Below are positions 40,538 to 48,381 of a DNA stretch of 64,000 bases, one piece after another. The translations under genes were made by a program, and so were the position numbers. The DNA is taken from positions 6,760-70,759 of the forward strand of contig DATJZQ010000075.1 in NCBI GenBank assembly GCA_035499005.1, read 5' to 3'. This stretch comes from Burkholderiales bacterium. GTDB lineage: Bacteria; Pseudomonadota; Gammaproteobacteria; Burkholderiales; SHXO01. The first letter of the stretch is position 1. Every line of letters begins with the position of its first letter. A model generated the notes under the pieces. It searched no databases. It was not told the origin of the DNA and was given only the letters and a program-made list of their open reading frames with translations.

Positions 40538-40713
40538 ACGTGCCGGCAGACGAAACAGATCAAGTTACTTAACACATCTTTCCGAGAGCTAAATCGCGCC
40601 GCGCCGAAGGTCATGTGTTCGGCGAACGCACATCACCCGAACCAATTGCATCATCGAACGCAGTTCGGCGTTTCGAGTGTAAACGGAGTTAGCGGCTCTA
40701 CTGGAGGTCGATC

Positions 40714-43413
40714 ATGGCAAACGAGACGATCAACGCTACTGACAGCGTGAATACGATCAACTATCAGCTGGGCGACGGTGTCGACTCGGTCGGTTTCGCT
40801 CTTCCAAGGACCTATCAGTACGCGGAGTTCCTGACCGCTGCCGAGCAGGGTTTACAGGAACTCTCGACGTCCACCGCTTCCGGCTACACCAACAGCTACT
40901 TTGCGAAAGCTAACCAGAGCCTGCTCGACGCGCTGCCTTATGACATCTCCTCGACGCTGAGCAGTATGCATCAGCAATATGTATGGGGTACTGGTTATGT
41001 ACCCGGGACCGTCGATCCTGATGCAGCTCGGGCGGCGTTCACAGCATTGATCGACTGGATCAACACGCCAGTCAGCAATGTTATCCAGTTTGGGCCGGGA
41101 ATAACGCTGAGCGATATTGCACTACAGGTGGGAGCAACTGCAGATTTCGGCACGCCCCACAGCACGCCGGTGCAGTTCGCTGTGGCGGTGAACAACGAAG
41201 CCGGAATAGTGTTCGGCCTGACGGGCACGCAGGCGGTGGCCGGTGATACGTCGGCTCCGCCGGTGATCAACATGCAGTTCCAATTTGACGACGGATCCAC
41301 CGCGAGTCTGGCTGACCTGCTCGCCCTCCCGAACCAAGGCGTCATGGGAACTCAGCTCGGCACCGAAGGAAGCGATTTCCTGCACGGCAGCCTCGGCGAC
41401 GATACGCTCATGGGTGGTGACGGAAACGACAAATTAGATGGAGGTGCCGGTGCCGATCAGCTCTTCGGCGGATCCGGAGATGATGTCATTAGCGGTGGCT
41501 CGGGCAACGACATCATTTACGGAGAGGACGGCAACGACGTCATGGCAGCGGGCGCGGGCGGCGGCTTCATGTCCGGCGGCGCCGGTGACGACGCGTATTG
41601 CTTCAACCGGGGTGACGGCGCAGTCACGATCGACAATCAGGACTGGGATGGCAGCGGCGTCGACACGATCTCGTTTGGCAAGGATGTGGCTCCCTCTGAT
41701 CTGGTCGCTTCAGTTGATCCATCGACTGGCAACCTGACCCTGGGCATTCTCGGCACAGACGCTTCGATCACTGACACCATCACAATTCCGTGGTTCGACC
41801 CCTGGAGTGGAATGGCGTCGAGAGTCGATGAAACCATCGACCGCGTCCAATTCTTTGATACGGACGGCGCCGCGAAAGTCTACGATCTAGCTAGTCTCGT
41901 AGGCGCCGCCTTCTCGGACCCTTCCGTGGCTGATCCATCCGTCGCGGTCTCGCTGATGACCCTGACCTCAGGCGAGGTGTCGTCACCGGCAGCGGGCGGT
42001 GACGCGGCGCGCAGCTACGCACTGACCGGTGCGCTCTTCACCGATGAGGCGCAGCCGTCGCCGACCCCGACCGACCCCGTGCCGCCGGTGGACTCCGCGC
42101 CAAGCGACCCGTCAACTCCGAGCGATCCGACACCGCCGGTAGACTCAGCACCGAGCGATCCCTCGACGCCGAGCGACCCCGTGCCACCGGTGGACTCCGC
42201 GCCAAGCGACCCATCAACTCCTAGCGATCCAACACCGCCGGTAGACTCGGCACCGAGCGATCCCTCGACGCCGAGCGACCCGGTTCCGCCGGTAGACTCC
42301 GCGCCAAGCGACCCATCAACTCCGAGCGATCCAACACCGCCAGTAGACTCGGCACCGAGCGATCCCTCGACGCCGAGCGATCCAACACCACCGGTAGACT
42401 CAGCACCGAGCGATCCCACCCCTCCCGTTGATTCAGCGCCAGGCGGCCCCGGATCTGGAGGGCCAACGCCACCGCCCGTGGGTTCGACTCCGAACGACCC
42501 CGTTCCGACTGAGCCCACGTCTCCCGGCCCGGCGCCGAAACCGGGTCGGACTATTAGGGGGACCAGACACAACGACCGCCTGTATGGCACCTCGGGTGAC
42601 GACGATATCAGCGGCGCCAGGGGGAACGACCGACTTTCAGGCCGCGACGGGGACGATGTCTTGCGGGGTGGCGCCGGCAGCGATCATCTGAACGGCGACA
42701 AAGGCGTAGACCTGCTCCAAGGTGGTAGCGGCAACGATCGACTCAGCGACACTTCGGGCAATAGTCTGCTCGATGGAGGAACCGGAGATGACGTACTGAT
42801 CGATGGTTCTGGCAACTCGATGCTGGTGGGCGGCAAAGGCAGGGATCACCTGTACCTCGGCGGCGGCTACGATGTCATCGCGTTCAACCGCGGAGATGGC
42901 CGCGACGTGGTCAGCAGCGGAAAGGGGGGTACAAGCACCTTGTCGCTTGGCGGCGGGATTCGCTATGAGGATTTAAGTCTGCGTCGCTCCGGCAACGATC
43001 TGATTCTGGATGTAGGTGGTCATGAACGCATCACGCTCGAGAAGTGGTACAAGGGGCAGAAGTATCAGGCCATCACAACTCTGCAGGTAGTAAGCGAGGG
43101 GGCCGGACTCGACCCAGCGCATATTGATACCTACGACTTCAAGTCGCTCGTCAACGCGTTCGATACGGCTTGCCATGGTAACCATGGTACTTCCAGCTGG
43201 GCACTGACGAACGCCATGACGCAGTTCCATTTGAGCTCGTCTGACGCCGTACTCGGCGGCGATCTCGCCTACCAGTACGGAGTCGATGGAACGCTGGCCG
43301 GCATAGGAGTCGCTGCAGCACGGGACAATGTGAGCTCGAATCAGTTTGGCAAGCAGGCGCAGCCCGTACACAGCGATTCGAAGTTGAGGGAAGGGCTGGT
43401 CAAGCTGTCCTGA
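40714..43413 (+). CDS. Large secreted RTX-type calcium-binding protein (presumed T1SS cargo)
   Basis: 899 aa. It has two blocks of GGxGxD nonapeptide repeats (about aa 217-295 and 615-700). Each is followed by an FNRGDG...I..D...D.I.F...... motif typical of haemolysin-type Ca-binding-related domains. The two are separated by a Pro/Ser/Asp tandem-repeat linker, and the protein is acidic. The gene lies between the HlyB-like and HlyD-like genes. Confidence 0.88.
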   Translation: MANETINATDSVNTINYQLGDGVDSVGFALPRTYQYAEFLTAAEQGLQELSTSTASGYTNSYFAKANQSLLDALPYDISSTLSSMHQQYVWGTGYVPGTVDPDAARAAFTALIDWINTPVSNVIQFGPGITLSDIALQVGATADFGTPHSTPVQFAVAVNNEAGIVFGLTGTQAVAGDTSAPPVINMQFQFDDGSTASLADLLALPNQGVMGTQLGTEGSDFLHGSLGDDTLMGGDGNDKLDGGAGADQLFGGSGDDVISGGSGNDIIYGEDGNDVMAAGAGGGFMSGGAGDDAYCFNRGDGAVTIDNQDWDGSGVDTISFGKDVAPSDLVASVDPSTGNLTLGILGTDASITDTITIPWFDPWSGMASRVDETIDRVQFFDTDGAAKVYDLASLVGAAFSDPSVADPSVAVSLMTLTSGEVSSPAAGGDAARSYALTGALFTDEAQPSPTPTDPVPPVDSAPSDPSTPSDPTPPVDSAPSDPSTPSDPVPPVDSAPSDPSTPSDPTPPVDSAPSDPSTPSDPVPPVDSAPSDPSTPSDPTPPVDSAPSDPSTPSDPTPPVDSAPSDPTPPVDSAPGGPGSGGPTPPPVGSTPNDPVPTEPTSPGPAPKPGRTIRGTRHNDRLYGTSGDDDISGARGNDRLSGRDGDDVLRGGAGSDHLNGDKGVDLLQGGSGNDRLSDTSGNSLLDGGTGDDVLIDGSGNSMLVGGKGRDHLYLGGGYDVIAFNRGDGRDVVSSGKGGTSTLSLGGGIRYEDLSLRRSGNDLILDVGGHERITLEKWYKGQKYQAITTLQVVSEGAGLDPAHIDTYDFKSLVNAFDTACHGNHGTSSWALTNAMTQFHLSSSDAVLGGDLAYQYGVDGTLAGIGVAAARDNVSSNQFGKQAQPVHSDSKLREGLVKLS
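42073..42445 (+). repeat. In-frame tandem repeat: 3 x 102 bp (each made of two diverged 51-bp subunits) plus truncated copies
   Basis: Units begin at 42073, 42175 and 42277, with partial copies from 42379. They encode DP(V/T)PPVDSAPSDPSTPS six times, then an 11-aa copy and a degenerate copy. Confidence 0.95.
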
Positions 43414-43417
43414 CCAG

Positions 43418-44782
43418 TTGCGCGGCGGAGTCGTGCGTACCTTTGTGCAGGTGCTGAGCGCGGATGCGCTGGACTTCTCTCCAGCGATTCTGCGCTTGCA
43501 GCGCGAGCCGCCATCGCCATTACCCCGCGTCGTTCTCTACGCGCTCGCGGCGTTGCTGGGTGGGTTGGCTGTGTGGTCCATCATCGGGCGGCTCGACATT
43601 ATCGCGGTCGCGTCAGGCCGGCTCGTGCCGGTGAGCTATGTCAAGGTGGTGCAGCCAGCCGACGCAGGGATCATCAAGGAGATCCTGGTGCGCGAGGGAG
43701 ATTCGGTCAGAGCCGGTCAGGTGCTGGTTCGCATGGATCCACAGATGTCGAACGCGGATAGCAAACAGCTGCTGGCTCAGCGGCAGCTCGCCGGTCTTGG
43801 GCTGCGGCGCATCGATGCAGAGCTTGCAGGCGTCGAACCAAAACATGAGGTGGACGATCCCGCCGCACTGTTCTCCCAGGTGTTGGCTCAGTATCATGCG
43901 CGGCGGCAGGCTCACTTGGACGCATTGGATACCGAAAAGGCCGCGCTGGCGAAAGCGCAGCAGGACCTTCGAGCTGCCCTTGAGACCGAAGCGAAGCTAA
44001 GGCAGACGCTACCGATCTATCAAGATCAGGAGCGCTCTTGGGGACAACTGCACAAGGAAGGTTTCGCAGGCCGTCTGCAGGCTGAGGACCGTCGACGCGT
44101 CAGGATCGAGGCGGAACAGGAGTTGAAAGCCCAGCGGCATTCGATCGCTGGCCTGCGCGCCACGATCCAGCAGTCAGAGAAGCGCCTCGCGGAGCTGGAG
44201 TCAAACTACCGGCAGCAGTTGTACAACGAGCGTGTCGAGGCCACGGCGCAGTTCGAGAAGGCTGAGCAGGAATGGCAAAAGCAATCCATCCGGCAGGAAG
44301 GTCTTGAGCTCAAGGCGCCCCAAGATGGAATCGTCAAGGACTTGGCGACTCATACTGAGGGAGCTGTCCTGCAACCAGGCGCCGTCTTGTTGACCATCGT
44401 GCCAGCAGGCGAGCCGTTGCGCGCTGAAGTCTGGCTTGGCAACGAGGATCGCGGATTCGTGCGCGAAGGGCAGACCGTACGCCTCAAGATTCGCCCCTAT
44501 CCGTTTCAGAAGTACGGAATGATAGACGGTGTGGTCAAGCATGTGAGCGCTGACGCTACAGAGCAGGAAGAACGGAACGCGAAGATGACCCCTGCAGCGG
44601 GCTACAGGTTCCGCAGCATCGTCGAGCTTAACTCACAGATGCTCGAGTCAGACAACGTGCGCTACCCACTTACGCCGGGAATGCAGGTGGATGCGGAGAT
44701 CGCGCTCGGCGAGCGCAGCGTTCTCGAGTATGTTCTTTCGCCAGTCCGCAAAGCGTTCCACGATGCGGCCCGTGAGCGTTGA
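43418..44782 (+). CDS. HlyD-family type I secretion periplasmic adaptor (membrane fusion protein)
   Basis: 454 aa. It has an N-terminal transmembrane helix, a lipoyl-like segment (GIIKEILVREGDSVRAGQVLVRMD) and a long coiled-coil region. It starts 4 nt after the RTX gene stop. Confidence 0.9.
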   Translation: MRGGVVRTFVQVLSADALDFSPAILRLQREPPSPLPRVVLYALAALLGGLAVWSIIGRLDIIAVASGRLVPVSYVKVVQPADAGIIKEILVREGDSVRAGQVLVRMDPQMSNADSKQLLAQRQLAGLGLRRIDAELAGVEPKHEVDDPAALFSQVLAQYHARRQAHLDALDTEKAALAKAQQDLRAALETEAKLRQTLPIYQDQERSWGQLHKEGFAGRLQAEDRRRVRIEAEQELKAQRHSIAGLRATIQQSEKRLAELESNYRQQLYNERVEATAQFEKAEQEWQKQSIRQEGLELKAPQDGIVKDLATHTEGAVLQPGAVLLTIVPAGEPLRAEVWLGNEDRGFVREGQTVRLKIRPYPFQKYGMIDGVVKHVSADATEQEERNAKMTPAAGYRFRSIVELNSQMLESDNVRYPLTPGMQVDAEIALGERSVLEYVLSPVRKAFHDAARER

Positions 44783-44913
44783 GCAGTGCGCCCGCCCAGG
44801 TAGGCTGTAGCTCCTCCAGCAGCACCGCACCCGCGCCGTGGGTGCGAGTCCCATAAGATCCACGAATACTGAATCGCGGTGAGCGTTTTCGGACGCCACA
44901 ACGCACGCGATCG

Positions 44914-45363
44914 CTATTGGGCACCTGAACCCCGTTCGGTCGTGGCACCTGGGATGGGTAGCGGGGCAGGTGTGTCCTCGATGACCCTCACATCTTTCAC
45001 GAAATGTCGTGTGTCTCCGAAACAAGAAGTCGGCAGTCCGATGTGCTCCTCGTAGTCCACCGATACTCGCTTCCCCATCACCGCGTGAATGCGCTGCGCG
45101 ACTTGCTCGTCATGCACGGTGAAGAGAAACTTTTCGGGGATGGACCCGGGCAGTGATACCATCGCCATCTCTCCCTCCCACGTCTTGCAGAGGTAACCCT
45201 TCTTGGATAGCTTCTGCACCCATCCCGCCCGCTCGCCACTCGAATAGCTCCAAGTCAACATCAACCAGAGGTAGCCGGCAAACAGCAACAGGCCCAGTAC
45301 CAGAATCGAAATCATCCACCCTATCAGGCTGAGGCCCCGCTGCCTGTTCATTCTGGATTTCAT
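44914..45363 (-). CDS. Hypothetical membrane-anchored protein
   Basis: 149 aa. The N-terminus MKSRMNRQRGLSLIGWMISILVLGLLLFAGYLWL contains a single hydrophobic helix, and the C-terminus is Pro-rich. I recognise no family. Confidence 0.6.
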   Translation of the reverse strand: MKSRMNRQRGLSLIGWMISILVLGLLLFAGYLWLMLTWSYSSGERAGWVQKLSKKGYLCKTWEGEMAMVSLPGSIPEKFLFTVHDEQVAQRIHAVMGKRVSVDYEEHIGLPTSCFGDTRHFVKDVRVIEDTPAPLPIPGATTERGSGAQ

Positions 45364-45606
45364 CGAATTGCGCTCCCCTTGCCGCGGGTCACCTCCGCCG
45401 CGTGTCTCGAATTATACGGATCGGCGATTCGGCAAAGCAGCAGCGGAATCGCGCGACACGCTCGGATCCCTTCCTGCTCCGCCCAACCCGCATCCGCGAC
45501 AATGCTTGCCGAGGCCTTTAGGATTCCTGATCCGGACCCCACTTCTACGCTCAGATGTTAACCTTAATCCCGGTAATACCGGTATGCGTTCGATTCGCCC
45601 TCACCC

Positions 45607-47442
45607 ATGACAATGCTCTCCTCGCCTCCACCTGAGCCGGGCGGCTGGAACACAATCCGCGCACTGCTCCCCTACCTTTGGGAATTCAAGGGTCGTGTCA
45701 TCGTGGCTCTGTCGTTTCTGGTGACCGCCAAGCTTGCCAATGTCGCGGTGCCTCTGGTGATGAAGGAGATTGTGGACGGACTGAGCAGCAAGCAGGCCGC
45801 GGCCGTACTGCCGCTGTCGCTGCTGATCGTATACGGCCTGCTGCGTGCTTCCAATACTCTCTTCGCGGAGTTGCGCGACATTGTGTTCGTGCGGGTTGCT
45901 AGACGCGCCATTCGTCGCGTTGCCTTGCAGGTGTTCCGACATCTTCACTCGCTGTCGCTACGCTTCCATCTGGAGCGCCAGACGGGAGGGGTATCACGCG
46001 ATATCGACCGCGGCACGCGCGGTATCTCGACGCTGCTCTCCTACATGCTGTTCTCGATCATTCCGGTGATCCTCGAATTCAGCCTGGTGGCCGCCGTCTT
46101 GTTGTCCAAGTTCGATTGGCGTTTTGCCGCCATCACGTTCACTGCCGTCGCGGCGTATCTTGGGTTCACTTTCGGTGTAACAGAGTGGCGCATGGAGATT
46201 CGGCGTCGCGCCAACGAGCTCGATTCTAAAGCGAGCTCTCGGGCGATCGATAGTCTGCTCAACTACGAAACAGTCAAGTATTTCAACAACGAGGAATTCG
46301 AGGCGCGTCGTTACGATGAGAATTTGAAGCAATACGAGTCGGCGGAGGTCAAGAACGAGGCTTCGCTCGGCGCGCTCAACATCGGACAGAGCGCCATCAT
46401 CGCGGTCGCTGTGACGCTGCTCATGATCCTGTCGGCGCAAGGAGTGGTGAACCGGACCCTCACGCTGGGCGATCTCGTGTTGATCAACGGCCTGCTGATT
46501 CAGCTCTATATCCCGCTCAATTTCCTGGGCATGGTCTATCGCGAGATCAAGCAGTCGCTGGCGGATATGGACAAGATGTTCCGCCTGCTGCGGGAAAACC
46601 GGGAGGTTGAGGACCGGCCGCGGGCGCCGGCTTTGATGGCTGGCGCCGCGTCAGTTCGCTTCGAGCACGTCAGCTTTAGCTATGAGCCGCAGCGGCAGAT
46701 CCTGTACGACGTGAGCTTCGAGATTCCGGCGGGCAGAACCATAGCGGTGGTCGGCCCCAGCGGCTCCGGCAAATCGACTCTTTCGAGACTTCTGTTCCGC
46801 TTCTACGATGTGAACAGCGGGCGCATCACGATCAACGGTCAAGACGTGCGGGATGTCGCTCAGGCCAGTCTGCGGGCTGCCCTCGGCATCGTTCCTCAGG
46901 ACACGGTGCTGTTCAACGACACGGTGTTCTACAATATCCGGTATGGACGCCCGGAAGCCTCGCGCGAGGAAGTGGTTCAAGCAGCGCGCGCCGCCCACAT
47001 TCACGAGTTCATCCAGAGCCTGCCGCAGGGATACGACACGATGGTGGGCGAGCGCGGGCTGAAGCTCTCTGGCGGAGAAAAGCAGCGGGTAGCCATTGCG
47101 CGCGCGATCCTGAAAGATCCAAAGATCTTTGTTTTTGACGAAGCCACTTCGGCGTTGGACTCTCACTCCGAGAAGGCGATTCAAGCCGAGCTGGAGCACA
47201 TAGCCCGCGAACGGACGGCGCTGGTGATCGCGCATCGCCTCTCGACTATCGTCGATGCGGACCAGATCCTGGTCATGGACCGCGGCCGGATCGTCGAGCG
47301 GGGCACGCACCGTGCGCTGTTGGAAATGGCTGGAATTTACGCTCAAATGTGGGCTCTGCAACAACGTGAAGAAGAGCGGATGCGGGCTGACGATCTTGAG
47401 CTCGCCTCGCGTGTTCCTGCGGTCGCTCGAGCGGGAAGTTAG
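45607..47442 (+). CDS. ABC transporter, fused permease/ATPase, Atm1/HMT1-like exporter
   Basis: 611 aa. The N-terminus [12 protein letters not shown] is typical of the bacterial Atm1 type. Walker [11 protein letters not shown], signature [14 protein letters not shown] and Walker [12 protein letters not shown] are present. Confidence 0.85.
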   Translation: MTMLSSPPPEPGGWNTIRALLPYLWEFKGRVIVALSFLVTAKLANVAVPLVMKEIVDGLSSKQAAAVLPLSLLIVYGLLRASNTLFAELRDIVFVRVARRAIRRVALQVFRHLHSLSLRFHLERQTGGVSRDIDRGTRGISTLLSYMLFSIIPVILEFSLVAAVLLSKFDWRFAAITFTAVAAYLGFTFGVTEWRMEIRRRANELDSKASSRAIDSLLNYETVKYFNNEEFEARRYDENLKQYESAEVKNEASLGALNIGQSAIIAVAVTLLMILSAQGVVNRTLTLGDLVLINGLLIQLYIPLNFLGMVYREIKQSLADMDKMFRLLRENREVEDRPRAPALMAGAASVRFEHVSFSYEPQRQILYDVSFEIPAGRTIAVVGPSGSGKSTLSRLLFRFYDVNSGRITINGQDVRDVAQASLRAALGIVPQDTVLFNDTVFYNIRYGRPEASREEVVQAARAAHIHEFIQSLPQGYDTMVGERGLKLSGGEKQRVAIARAILKDPKIFVFDEATSALDSHSEKAIQAELEHIARERTALVIAHRLSTIVDADQILVMDRGRIVERGTHRALLEMAGIYAQMWALQQREEERMRADDLELASRVPAVARAGS

Positions 47443-47513
47443 CCGTAAGCGACTCGGAATTTTGATCGACTAGGTGCGCGACGCACTCATCTGAACGAGG
47501 AGGACCTCGACGC

Positions 47514-48353
47514 ATGACAGCGGATATCAGCCGAGGGGGGCATACCGATGCATCGCGCTGGACCATAGCCGATCTCGACCTCACCCGCATCGAACACAAG
47601 CTGGTGCGGGACGACTGGTTCACGTTCTATCTCGTTGCGGGCGCCTCCTTTATCGAAACAGCGGCTGATGTCTATACGGGCAACCTGGTCCTTCACTTTC
47701 CCGATCCGGTCGCGCGAGACTGGTTAGCCAAGCGCTGGCAGCCAGAGGAACTCCAACATGGTCAGGCGCTACGCGCCTACGTCGAGGCGGTTTGGCCCGA
47801 TCTCGCCTGGGAGCAAGCTTATGCCGGATTTTTGCAGGAATACTCTCGACTCTGCACGCTGGAGCAGCTGGAAGACAGTCGGACGCTGGAAATGGCGGCC
47901 CGCTGCGTCGTAGAGACAGGAACCGCGACCTTCTATACGACGGTGCAGGCCTGTGCACACGAGCCCGTGCTCAAGAGGCTTGCGGGCCTGATACGCCGCG
48001 ATGAGGTGCGCCACTACAACTACTTTCGCAGCTTCTATCAGGCTTACCAGGCGCAGGAGCGGGTTGGCCGATTGAGTGTTCTGCGCGCGCTATACAAGCG
48101 TCTTACCGAGGCAGAGCAAGAGGACGCGTACGTGGGCTTCAAGCATGCCTGGCTCATGCGACATCCCGGGGAAGCATTCCGCGACGAGCACTTCGCCGGG
48201 TTCATGGAGCAAGTGCGAGAACGCTTGCGTCCCCATTACCCGTACCGCATGGCAGTGCAGATGGTACTGCAGCCGCTACGACTCAACCGAACCATCCAGA
48301 AGCTGGCCGCGCCTCTGCTGATCCGCGGGGCACGGCGTCTGGTATTCGCCTGA
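47514..48353 (+). CDS. Ferritin-like di-iron carboxylate protein (possibly AurF-type oxygenase family)
   Basis: 279 aa with an E...ExxH...E...ExxH pattern: SFIETAAD, EELQHGQ, VVETGT, DEVRHYNYF. Confidence 0.6.
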   Translation: MTADISRGGHTDASRWTIADLDLTRIEHKLVRDDWFTFYLVAGASFIETAADVYTGNLVLHFPDPVARDWLAKRWQPEELQHGQALRAYVEAVWPDLAWEQAYAGFLQEYSRLCTLEQLEDSRTLEMAARCVVETGTATFYTTVQACAHEPVLKRLAGLIRRDEVRHYNYFRSFYQAYQAQERVGRLSVLRALYKRLTEAEQEDAYVGFKHAWLMRHPGEAFRDEHFAGFMEQVRERLRPHYPYRMAVQMVLQPLRLNRTIQKLAAPLLIRGARRLVFA

Positions 48354-48381
48354 GGAACGTGTGGAAAGCGCCAACACTGGC

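Noticed and set aside
40196-40750. Small ORFs in the exporter-cargo spacer (83 aa, 74 aa, and antisense 67 and 148 aa), considered as a possible hlyC-like activator or small regulator.
   Set aside because: The translations are Arg/Ser/Thr/Pro-rich with no acyltransferase or other motif. No Shine-Dalgarno is evident, and one ORF runs into the cargo start out of frame.
40834-40845. TAAE in the cargo N-terminus, considered as a LapG-type (T/A/P)AA(G/V) cleavage site indicating a LapA-like retained adhesin.
   Set aside because: The fourth residue does not fit the motif, and no LapG protease or LapD receptor genes are nearby.
42073-42445. Regularly spaced repeats that could superficially suggest a CRISPR-like array.
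   Set aside because: The repeats are contiguous with no unique spacers. They are in frame inside a long ORF and encode a Pro/Ser/Asp peptide repeat.
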